Assembly (NCBI GenBank): GCA_043228905.1
Contig: JBHGNT010000017.1
Span: 12,896,001 to 12,960,000 of the forward strand
Direction of reading: 5' to 3'
Source of the DNA: Azolla caroliniana
Lineage: Eukaryota; Plantae; Polypodiophyta
Length of the DNA: 64,000 bases
Positions 1 through 10,637 of this stretch are shown one piece after another. The notes beneath the pieces are model-generated. The model saw only the letters and a program-made list of their open reading frames with translations. It was not told where the DNA came from and did not search any database. Positions within the stretch are counted from its first letter, which is position 1; each line of letters begins with the position of its first letter. The translations under genes were made by a program, and so were the position numbers.

Positions 1-559
1 CCTCCAATCCGTGTTGTCGTAGCCATTTCTTGGCCGCCTCAGAGAGAGTTTGGCAGTCCATGTTTGTGTCGAGGTCGAACAACGTTGGTGAGGGTTGTAT
101 ATGAGGAAGCTCTGTGTGAGGAAGCTCTCTGTGTGTTGGCTCTCTTCTGATGATCTTCAAGCGCCTGTGTGCGTTTGTGCTCCTTGGTTCGCGAAAGAAG
201 AAGGTCTCGATGCGGGGGGGTTCTCTCTACATCTTGGCGCCTTTTTCGAGCCTACGCATGTGCAGGTCGTGTACTATAATAACATTACGTGTCATGTGGC
301 GGTGGTTTAATGCCCTATTCATAGCCCCCTCGTACCTTTTCGAAGTGCCTCTTTACTCCTCGTTTGCATGGCCATTCCCACCACTCCTTTGCATGATTTC
401 TTTGATTCGTTTCGATTTTTTTTATTTATTTTTTTTATTTATTTTTTTTAATATCAATTGTTAGGTTAATTCGTCTCCGGTCCTATCGGAACCTTACCCG
501 AATGAGGAATCTTGTCGGCCTCGTGATGGTTTGCCGTCCTCTTATCCAACCCGTGTGCC

Positions 560-1782
560 GGCTCTTTGTTGCCGATACTAATCGGGTTGCCGGTATCTGG
601 TTCGGCATCGGCCTTTCCTTGTTCAAATGGGTTCCTCGGCATGGGTCCCTTGTATGGCTTTAGTCAAAATCCGTTGACCCACTTACCCAGAACTTCGCCG
701 GAAAGTGTCCCTAACTAGTAGGATCCATTGAACTCGCGTGTGATCCAGTATGGTCCGGTCCACCGAAACCGTAGTTTCCCCGGCATCTTTCCCATCCGGG
801 TTTGGAACACTAGTACCGGCTTGCCGATTCCAAACATCTTTTCATTTCCTTTTCGGTGGCGATCCACAAACGCCTTTCTTTGTCGTTGCTCCAGTTCCAA
901 GTGCATGATACTCGCTAGTCGATGTTCTTCTAGTTCACACAGAGCTGATAACCGAATTGCCTCTGATTCCTTCTCATTTAACCACTCCCTAATCTGAATA
1001 CGTAAGCTCGGGACCTAGAACTCTACCGGCATGACGGCCTCCAATCCGAATGCTAGCCGGAATGGTGTGGTTTGGATGCTTGTTTTGTAGGCTGTCCGGT
1101 AAGCCTAGAGTGTGTTGTGCAACTTCGTATCCCAATCTTTCCGATTTTCGTTGACGATTTTCTGAAGGATATTCTGTAGCGTTTTGTTCGTCGACTCGGC
1201 TAACCCATTTGCTTGCGAATAGTATGGCATGCTCCGTTTATGCACCACGGCATAGAACGACGTCAAGCTTTCCACCACTTGGCCGAGGAAGTGCCCTCCT
1301 TGGTCACTTATTAGCTCGATTGGGCATCCATACTTGCACTAGATGTATTCATACAAGAATTTTGTCGTCGACGCCGTAGTGTTGTTGCACAAGGCTTTGG
1401 CTTCTACCCATTTCGTGCAGTAATATGTAGCTACGATCCCATACCGGTTGCCTGTTCTCATTGCCGGTGGTTTGAATGGACCCACAAAATCCAGCCCCCA
1501 TTTCTGAAATGGTTCTAACGGCAATACCGGCTGGTGCGGCATCCTAGCTTGTTCGGTTGGCTAGCCCATTCGCTGACATAGATCGCATTCTTTAGCATAC
1601 CGAACCGCGTCTTTCAATGTTTTCGGCCACCATAGGCCACTCTACCATATCTTCCTTGCCATAGCATCTTCCACGTAATGGCCTACGGCGACTCTGCAGT
1701 GTGCTTCTCATAGTATTATATCCTTCTCGTCGCTACGCACTGCCCGTCGTCATATACCGTCCGCGCCTTTGTGGTATAGCGT
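560..1782 (-). pseudogene. Integrase of element A (stop codons)
   Basis: ORF fragments [16 protein letters not shown]...TKWVEAKAL and GKLRFRWTGPY. Removing element B restores the frame WHFCLLRDTLYHKGADG. Confidence 0.9.
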
Positions 1783-2692
1783 TGTCGTAGTGTAATTCGC
1801 ACACTACGTGAAAAATTACATTTTTGGTCTCTCCGGATAGGGCATGGAGTACCCGGTGAGAATCGGAAGAAGGAACCGGTAAGGACCGAAACCGGTAACG
1901 AGACTCGGCATGAGCCGGATGAAGAAGGCCGGTGAGAATCGGTGAGAAACGGACAAAGAGATCGATAAGGAGGTCCCGGTAAGAACCGAACAAAGAAAAC
2001 TAGCAAGCACCGGATGAAGCAGAACCGGAAAGAGCCGGATGAAGAAGGCCGGTGAGAGTCTCTCACCGGATGAAGAGACATATTTGTAAATAGAAGAAAG
2101 TATAAAAATTTATATATTACATGCATAGGGCAAGATTCGAACCTTGCACCTCCATGTTAATAATGTAAAGCCTTATCATTATACTAGCGTATTATGAATT
2201 TTAAATTTATACTAAACTTTATCCCATGTAAAATTTTTAGACATGCATGGTACAAAAAGTTATTCATGCATAGACACTCGAGTAAAAAGAAAAGATGAGA
2301 TAGAAAGCTAATCATGCACATGCAGTGTGCATGAAAACTAAAAATAGGAAAAGCATGATGTTTGCATGTAATAAACTTAGACTCTTCCAACACTATATAA
2401 GGAAGAGAAAAAGATGTATAGAGGTTGTTGATTATTTTACAAGGATTTTGATCAATCTAATATATTCGTGGGATTCACGATTTTTTTTCCATCTATTTCT
2501 CTCTTACATTCTAAGTATCAATTAATACACTATACTCGTGGGATTCACGAGTTTCATATCTTCTTTCAAATATTTCTCTTTCTTGCAATCGATTCATAAG
2601 GAGCCTTATCTCATATTCTTCTTTCTCCTAGTCCAAAACCTCAGCGGTTCCCACCCGACTCACGCAACGATCCAGAGCCGAAAGGCACGACA
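1783..2692 (+). repeat. 5' LTR of element B
   Basis: Direct repeat of 9724-10633, with about 15 substitutions counted by eye. Confidence 0.96.
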
Positions 2693-2696
2693 CAAG

Positions 2697-2714
2697 TGGT
2701 GAACCCGACGTGAA
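2697..2714 (+). promoter_or_regulatory. Primer binding site, tRNA-Trp
   Basis: TGGTGAACCCGACGTGAA, 4 nt after the LTR; complementary to the 3' end of plant tRNA-Trp (...TTCACGTCGGGTTCACCA). Confidence 0.85.
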
Positions 2715-4006
2715 CACGGGTGGCAAGGAGATGGAAAATCAATCGGAGGCTAACAACATGATGATGATGCTCAAGCGGATGCTTCAGGAACAACGTGCGA
2801 TGTCGGAGATAGCGGAGGCAGTAGAGCGGCTCGTGCAACGGATCGAGCAATTCAACGGAAAAGACATATCACGCTATCTTCGGGACTACAAGACGGAAAT
2901 GCTACGGTGCGGGAGTTCGGAAGGACTGCAAGTGGTATCCTTCAACCGGGTGGCTACCGACGGGCTTCAAGCAAGTATCCATGGGCTACGACAACAAAAT
3001 CTGACGTGGGAAGCGTTTGAAGAGGCGCTAAAGACCATGTTCACTATCGAGGACTCCTCCAAGGCAACGCGGAGAGGATTCGAGGATTGGGTAGAAACGC
3101 CGGACAAGGGGATGAAGGTCCTCGATGTGTTTTTGGCATTCGAAAGTCGGTTCGGGAGGTTGTCTGCAAGAGATCAAGCTATCCTCGCACCGGACAAAGT
3201 TATCATGTTCTTACAAGCCGTAGACGTTCAGGCCCGGAAGGATCTTGGAGTGCTTCTAGAGGACACGACTACCGAGAGTGACCTCACCGAAACATGGGAA
3301 AGCGTGCGGGATATCGTTGCGCGATACACAAAGAGGGGGCAATGGCTTGCCAACGAAGAAAAGAGGGTTTCGGAACCGATTCCAAAACCGAGATCCAGAT
3401 CGAAAGACCATCAACCGCAGGCTCGGGAAGTTACGACTGAGAAGGGAATCGACGCAACTACGGTGGAGCAATTGTTGAAGGAGATGGAGAATCTAAAAAT
3501 TGCGATGGTGAAGAAGTCAGATGACCATCCCACAAGTTCCAAGTATATGGACCGTCGATGCATATGGTGTGATAGCACCGAACATGATCGAAGGGATTGC
3601 GACGAGCACAAGGAAGCGCTACGACAGGATCTTATCTACTACGAGGGAAATCAGATTCATTCGATGGACTCTCGGAAGCCGCTCCGACCGAACTTCCGAA
3701 AAGGCAGCATGAAGAAGGTCCTAGAGGAGGAAATAGCGGCGAAGAACAATTACGCGACAACCGCGGGAATACGTGTCGGGGAGTCATCGGGAGCAAATGT
3801 GTCTTTTTGGCCGGAAGTGCTAGAAAACACCGAGAAAACCGACTCTAATGAGATCCGAAGCACCGCGGAAGGCATCCGGGAAGCTACGGGATGGGAGTGC
3901 CCCGTCGATAAGAATAGTGTGTTTGCTTTATGCCAATTGCATGAAGTGTATGTAGATGAGAAGCGACGGTGCACGGATGAGGCGGCCAGTCCATCGAAGA
4001 CACCGG

Positions 4007-5377
4007 TGTCGTGTGAATCTTCACACAGTATGTAAAAAAATAATGAAATAATTATTATAGATTAGATTAGTAGCTTACTATAGAAAGATGGATATACTCA
4101 AGAGCTTCAAAATGTATTTTACTATATACAAAATGGAGAAATACATATCAAGTTATGAGAAAATAAAGTTTGAGAAGATAGGGAAATTAGAACTATCCCA
4201 CATAGATAGGAAAGTTAAGGCCCTGGCTATATAAACATCTTGAGCTCTGTCATTTTTCATTTGTGCTAAGAGCACTTTGGCCACTTTGTCTTGATGGATG
4301 ATGGTGGCCAAATTCCCTAAAATTGGAAAACGGGTTCGGTAAGCAAATTCGGAAAACAGGTCTGGTAAGCAAATCCGGAAAACGGGTCCGGTAAGCAAAT
4401 CCAGAAACCGGCCGGTAAGCAAATCCAGAAACTGGCCGGTATGCAATCCGGAAATCGGTCGGTATGCAAAACCGGAACCGGCCGGCAAGCAAACCGGAAC
4501 CGGAATCGGCCGGCAAGCAAAATCGGAACCGGAACTGGTATGCAAACCGAAAACCGGCCGGTAAGCAAAACCGGAACCGGCCGGCAAGCAAACCCAGAAC
4601 CGGCAAGCAAACCGGGACCGGCCGACAAGCAAAATCGGAACCGGAACCAGCAAGCAAACCGGAACCGGTTGGCAAGCAAAATCGGAACCGGAACCGACCG
4701 GCAAGCAAAATGGAGCCGGCTACTGGACGAGGTTGGACGCGGATGGACGAAAGATTGGATCATGCAACAAACTAAAGTAAAGGCCATGTGGACGCAAGCA
4801 ACTAAAGTTGGAGTGCATGGAAAAAGTAAAGGTCATGTGGACAGTCACATGCAACCAAAAGAAAAAGCTAGGCAACTAAAAGTAGAGGCCATGCAACAAA
4901 AAGTGGAAAGGCTATGATCAAGGGAGAACTCCATATTTATTCCATTTTTCTCCCTACACTAGGACTCACTCTCCATATTATCTTAATTTTTTTTCTTTTC
5001 TTTGGGAGCTCTCTTATATTACCGAAGCCAATAACCCTAATCTTCCGGACGGAAGCTATCTCTCAAGTAAACCATAATTTCCATACGGAAGCAATCTCTC
5101 AAAATCCAAAATTCCTTGTCAAAGCCATATCACTCAAGAATCATAATCTCTTATTTCCTCTAATCTATTATTCTAATCATCTCCATAAGATAAAACTTTT
5201 GTAATCCCAATCTTGGGATTGATTGTAATCTTTCTTTCCCTTTTATTAATGAAATTTGTTAATCTTTCTCATTTCGGTTAATTCTTAGTACATAAATACA
5301 CGAATTTGATATCCTCTAGACAAAGGCCCCGGGGTCTTGCCTCAACGTTCACGTATCCTCGCCGTATATTCGCGACA
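4007..5377. mobile_element. Solo LTR C inserted in the gag of element B
   Basis: Termini TGTCGTG...CGCGACA. TSD CCGG at 4003-4006 and 5378-5381. No coding domain inside. Confidence 0.88.
4325..4722 (+). repeat. Tandem ~21-28 bp repeats (gcaagcaaa-accggaaccggccg) inside solo LTR C
   Basis: Repeated units are directly visible; they generate the spurious repetitive ORFs at 4153-4917. Confidence 0.9.
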
Positions 5378-6138
5378 CCGGAAAGCTGGAACTCCGAAGG
5401 TAAGGGAAAAGAAAAGATGACTCCGGCATTCAAGCTCGCCTCGGACATCGAACAACAAACGGACTTGAAAAAGGTGTTCGAGGAGAGAATCCTCAATAGC
5501 CGGGTAGATTTTTCGCTTCGAGAATTACTCGGAATAGTGAAGAAGGAGTTCCACAATCTTCTTGTGGATCTCGTGAAGAGAAAAAGTCAAAGTACGGAGG
5601 AGAACGCTCCAAGGGTGAATGCAAATACTGTTCTAATGAATGACACCGAATTGGAGGACGAAATACTGAATTCTCACTACACAAAGCCACACTGGGCACG
5701 CGCAACTACGGAGACTCCAGTCTGAATCGGTAACACCAAAGAACCCGTGCTAGCATTGATTGATCACGGATCGGAGATCAACTTGATGTCCAAGGAATTC
5801 TATCGGAAGGGTAAGTGGCCTATTAACACGAATCATGGGTGGAAGATCCGGGCGGCCACTAAAGCAACAAAAGATCTATTTGCGGCTTGTCCAGATGTGA
5901 CGGTGAAGATCTGGGATGTCGAGATCGACCAAAATTTCTTCATACAAGACGAGGTCTCACTCTCCGTGATCCTCAAGCAACCTTTTATCACGGCATCACG
6001 GATGGAGACGAAGGTGCTCGATAGCGGTGCGACTTTTGTGCGAATTCAGAGCCAAAACAGAGGGAAATCCGTCCAATTCCTAACGGTGCCGGCAAATCAT
6101 GAAAGGAACAAGAGAGAGCTCTTGTCCCAAACAAGAAT

Positions 6139-6202
6139 GGATTTTTAGAGCGGACTGTTGCGGAGTGGGGAAGTGATAGTCCGAGAAGCCCTGATACCCC
6201 AC
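6139..6202 (+). promoter_or_regulatory. Putative -1 programmed ribosomal frameshift signal (G GAU UUU + H-type pseudoknot)
   Basis: Slippery heptamer 6139-6145, 5-nt spacer, stem 1 6151-6161/6173-6183, stem 2 GUGGGG 6165-6170 with CCCCAC 6197-6202. The -1 frame is the frame of pol ORF 6304. Confidence 0.7.
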
Positions 6203-9200
6203 ACAGGAAGAAACCTCTCGGTGCAAAACAAGTACGAATCGGTCCGGATGGGGCATCCACGTACACGGCTGTAACCGGAGGAATGAAGAAAGAATACTGA
6301 AAAGTGAAGGATAAGTTACGATCGGCATCAATAATAAAAGAAGAAGAAGAAATCGTGGGAATAGTCGAAGAAATGTTCTATGGGAGCACATTACAACGGC
6401 TTGAAGAGCTCGCGGAAGATACAAGCCAGGGAAACCGGGTAATTCCAGTGGAGTCGGTCGAGATGTATGAGATCATTGTGAAAATGAGGCTGGATGCGCT
6501 CCACAAAGAAGAAGCAATGGTAAGTACGAAATACAAGACCGTGGAGAAGAAAGTGAAACCGGTCACGGGACCGTTACCCGCAGATAGCGAACAAAAGAGG
6601 AAAGAAGTCTCGGGGGATCCGACACTTCAGAAGTCCATGGATATCGGACATGCCTTCACGGATGAGACCCGGAAGAAACTTTGGATCGGTGGAGGTGGGT
6701 TCCTATTAAAGAATGAAGAATAACGATTCCGTGGGATGCTAGAACGACATGGGAGAGCATTTGCATTTACATCGAAAGAAATAGGATGCGCTGACCCGAA
6801 GATAGGAACCGATGGTGATCTTCACGATTGACCATGTGTCGTGGAACCTGAAGCCGATTCCGGTGCCACGGGCGCATATTCCGAAAATCATCGACTTGCT
6901 CAAGGAGAAGGTGGTGATGGGGATTCTAGAGCCATCAAATGCTCCGTACTTAAATCGATGGTTTACGGTTCCGAAGAAGAATGGGTCACTCTGATTTATT
7001 CAAGATTTGCAACCGGTGAACAAGGTCACGATCCGGAACTCCGGAGTCGGTCCGATAGTGGACGAATTTGCGGAAGCATTTGCCGGTCGCGCAATATACT
7101 CCATCAGAGACCTATACTCTGGATATGACCAATTCCAACTAGCCGTGGAGAGCTGAGACATCACTACCATGCGGACACCGATAGGATTAGTCCGGATGTG
7201 TATGCTACCACAAGGCGCGACAAACTCAGTCGCACATATGATGAATGCGATGAACAAGGTGCTCCGGGATTGCATACCGGAGATAATGATGCCGTTCCTA
7301 GATGATATTCTGATGAAAGGGTGTGCGGGGGGAAGAAAAAGATGAAGCTATGGATGAACAGGGATGCCGAAGGTTTGTAGTCAACCATATCCGTGATTGT
7401 GAGAAAGTGTTACGGAAGTTAGAAGATGTGCATCTAACACTTTACGGAGAGAAATCGGCATTCGGACAAGAAGAAATACTGGTAGTCGGACATCTATGTG
7501 GGCCCTACGGCCGAAGACCGTCACCAACCAAGATCGATGCGATTCAAGCTATGAAAGAAGTATGCGAGTCACAATCCGAAGTTCGAAGGTTTCTTGGAGT
7601 ATGTGCATTCTACCACATATGGATTCCACACTATGCACATATAGCGGACCCACTCTATCACTTGTTGCGGAAGGGTAAGAAGTTTGAATGGAAACCAAAG
7701 CATACCAAAGCCGTGAAGAAGCTCAAGAAATCACTACGGAGGGCAGAAGCACTAAAGAAGCCGAGCTATGACCAACCGATCATAGTAACGGTTGACACAA
7801 GTCCAGCCGGAATCGGATGGGTCATCAATCAAGCTGATCCGGAAGGTTCGCGATATCTGATCCGATTCGGAGCAAAGGTTCTCAACGAAAGGCAACGCGG
7901 ATATGCACAAGTTAAAAGAGAATTATGGGGAGTCGTGTTGGCAATCAAATCGGATCGAGATTATTTGATCAGAGCCAAAGTAGTGATCGAAACGGATTGT
8001 CTTCCGATACTCGGGATGATGCGGTGTTGCACGATACCGGATGTGGTTATGCTAAGATGGATTGCATATGTTAAGTCACTTAATCCGGAGGTAAGACACA
8101 TCTCCGGAAAAGACAACGTTGTAGCGGATATGCTATCAAGGGCGCGGTTCAGAGATGACATAACCGAATCCGATAATGAAGAAGTTTCCGAAGACTACTT
8201 TGCTTCAGAGGACATATGCCGGGTGGACGTAATCCAAGAATTCCGGGAAGAAGAATACGAGGGAGAAAGCTTGTTGATCGGGAAAATGCTACGAGAAATC
8301 GAGGAATCATCGGACAATAAAGAGAAGAGAGTAAGAAACGGCAAGTCCGAAAGTTCTTCTTGAAAAATGGATTTTTATGGAGGGAGCCGAAAAGACCGGG
8401 TGGCATACCACTTCGAGTAGTCGGGACGAAAGAGCAACGAAACCGGATCATGTCTGAATTTCACGAATCCGATTGGGCTGGACATCGGGGAACATGGGCA
8501 ACATTTGGGAAGATCAAGCAAAGATATTGATGGAAAAATATGTACAGAGATGTGGCGGAGTTCACGGAAAGCTGCGAGAAGTATCAAATCTACTCCGGAG
8601 TTTGATACCGAGATGAGTTACATCCAACATTCTCACCGACAATCAACTTCAAATGGATGGTCGACATTGTAGCCATGCCAACCGGGATAGAACAAAAGAA
8701 GTACTTGGTGTTAGCTTGGGAAGATCTCACAAATCAAGTAGAAGGTCGGGCGCTACGAAGAAAAACGTGTTCTGCGGTATGTCAATTTCTTTTGGAAGAA
8801 GTGTTTTGCAGGTACATGTGCGTAGGACAAGTGATTGTGGATCGGGGAGAACTCGACTCTGATAAAGCTAAGGAATTCTTCACTAGACATGGAGTTCGGT
8901 TAACACTGACAACGGCATACAATCCGGAAGCCAACGGGAAGATCGAACGGGGACATAGTCCGATTGTCAAAGCACTTGCGAAGGCATGTGATGGAAGGGT
9001 GAAGGATTGGCCGCAGATGCTTCTGTATGCACTATGGGCGGATCGGACGACGCATAGCTCCGTAACCGGTTACATGCCAACAGAACTTATGACCGGACAA
9101 GCACCGGTAATGCCGACGGAAACCGCAATATCGACATGGACAATGCTACCATGGAAGGAAGAGATGAGCCGGGAAGAACTACTACCGGTTCGGATACGAC

Positions 9201-9667
9201 AACTGGAGGGAAGACCGGAAGACATAGCGGAAGCAATACGCCGACAACAAGAAGCGCGATTCCGGAATAAAAGCCAGTTCGACACAAAGCACCGACTACG
9301 ACCGCGGAAGATTTAAGAAGGAGATTGGGTGATTGTCTACGACAGTAGTTTGGATCATCAACATACAACGATGCGGAAGTTCGCGAAAAGGTGGTTCGGG
9401 CCATATGAGGTTCGGAAAGTTTTCGATAACGGAACTTACCGACTATGCGAGTTGGATGGAACGACGCTACGAGTGCCTATAGCCGTGAAACGGGTGAAGA
9501 TTTTCAAGAAGCGGACTGAAGAAGAACCCTATGTGATCCTAGACAAGACCGACAAGAAGGAGCAATCGGACGAAGATCGGGGTGATGCGGAAAGTGAAGA
9601 AAGTGGATTAGAACTCATAGTCGACTTAAGGGGAGAATCGGAGGAAGCTTCGAACGAAGGTGAATAG
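6145..9667 (+). pseudogene. pol (RT-RNase H-integrase) of element B
   Basis: Fragments WFTVPKKNGSL, LPQGATNS, PFLDDI, VTVDTSPAGIG, NPEANGKIERGH and KRWFGPY. Several CGA>TGA-type stops and frameshifts. Confidence 0.92.
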
Positions 9668-9723
9668 CAAGCATCGAGGACTTCGGCACATACCAAAGGA
9701 TTTGCGGGTTAGGAGGGGGTGAG

Positions 9724-10633
9724 TGTCGTAGTGTAATTCGCACACTACGTGAAAAATTACATTTTTGGTCTCTCCGAATAGGGCATGGAGTACCCGGTGA
9801 GAACCGGAAGAAGGAACCGGTAAGGACCGAAACCGGTAAGGAGACCCGGCATGAACCGGATGAAGAAGGTCGGTGACAGTCGGTGAGAAACAGACAAAGA
9901 GATCGGTAAGGAGGTCCCGGTAAGAACCGAATAAAGAAAACTAGCAAGCACAGGATGAAGCAGAACCGGAAAGAGCCGGATGAAGAAGGCCGGTGAGAGT
10001 CTCTCACCGGATGAAGAGACATATTTGTAAATAGAAGAAAGTATAAAAATTTATATATTACATGCATAGGGCAAGATTCGAACCTTGCACCTCCATGTTA
10101 ATAATGTAAAGCCTTATCATTATACTAGCGTATTATGAATTTTAAATTTATACTAAACTTTATCCCATGTAAAATTTTTAGACATGCATGGTACAAAAAG
10201 TTATTCATGCATAGACACTCGAGTAAAAAGAAAAGATGAGATAGAAAGCTAATCATGCACATGCAGTGTGCATGAAAACTAAAAATAGGAAAAGCATGAT
10301 GTTTGCATGTAATAAACTTAGACTCTTCCAACACTATATAAGGAAGAGAAAAAGATGTATAGAGGTTGTTGATTATTTTACAAGGATTTTGATCAATCTA
10401 ATATATTCGTGGGATTCACGATTTTTTTTCCATCTATTTCTCTCTTACATTCTAAGTATCAATTAATACACTATACTCGTGGGATTCACGAGTTTCATAT
10501 CTTCTTTCAAATATTTCTCTTTCTTGCAATCGATTCATAAGGAGCCTTATCTCATATTCTTCTTTCTCCTAGTCCAAAACCTCAGCAGTTCCCACCCGAC
10601 TCACACAACGATCCGGAGCCGAAAGGCACGACA
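9724..10633 (+). repeat. 3' LTR of element B
   Basis: Direct repeat of 1783-2692, preceded by a PPT. Confidence 0.96.
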
Positions 10634-10637
10634 GCGT

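Larger units (their letters stand above)
2731..6148 (+). pseudogene. gag-protease ORF of element B, split by solo LTR C
   Basis: Gag with knuckle CIWCDSTEHDRRDC. Excising 4007-5377 plus one TSD copy rejoins SPSKTP-ESWNSEGKG. Protease motif LIDHGSEINLM; the ORF ends RMDF-stop at 6148. Confidence 0.9.
1783..10633 (+). mobile_element. Ty3/Gypsy LTR retrotransposon B, full length, with defective coding region
   Basis: 910-bp LTRs at 1783-2692 and 9724-10633 (TG...CA). TSD GCGT at 1779-1782 and 10634-10637. PBS 2697-2714; PPT aggagggggtgag 9711-9723. Domain order gag, PR, RT (PFLDDI), RH (VTVDTS), INT. Confidence 0.96.

Noticed and set aside
2120-2190. Functional tRNA gene
   Set aside because: The acceptor stem does not pair and the anticodon loop is non-canonical; kept only as a tRNA-like module.
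4153-4917. Overlapping repetitive ORFs of 100-180 aa
   Set aside because: Artefacts of a stop-free tandem repeat within a solo LTR.
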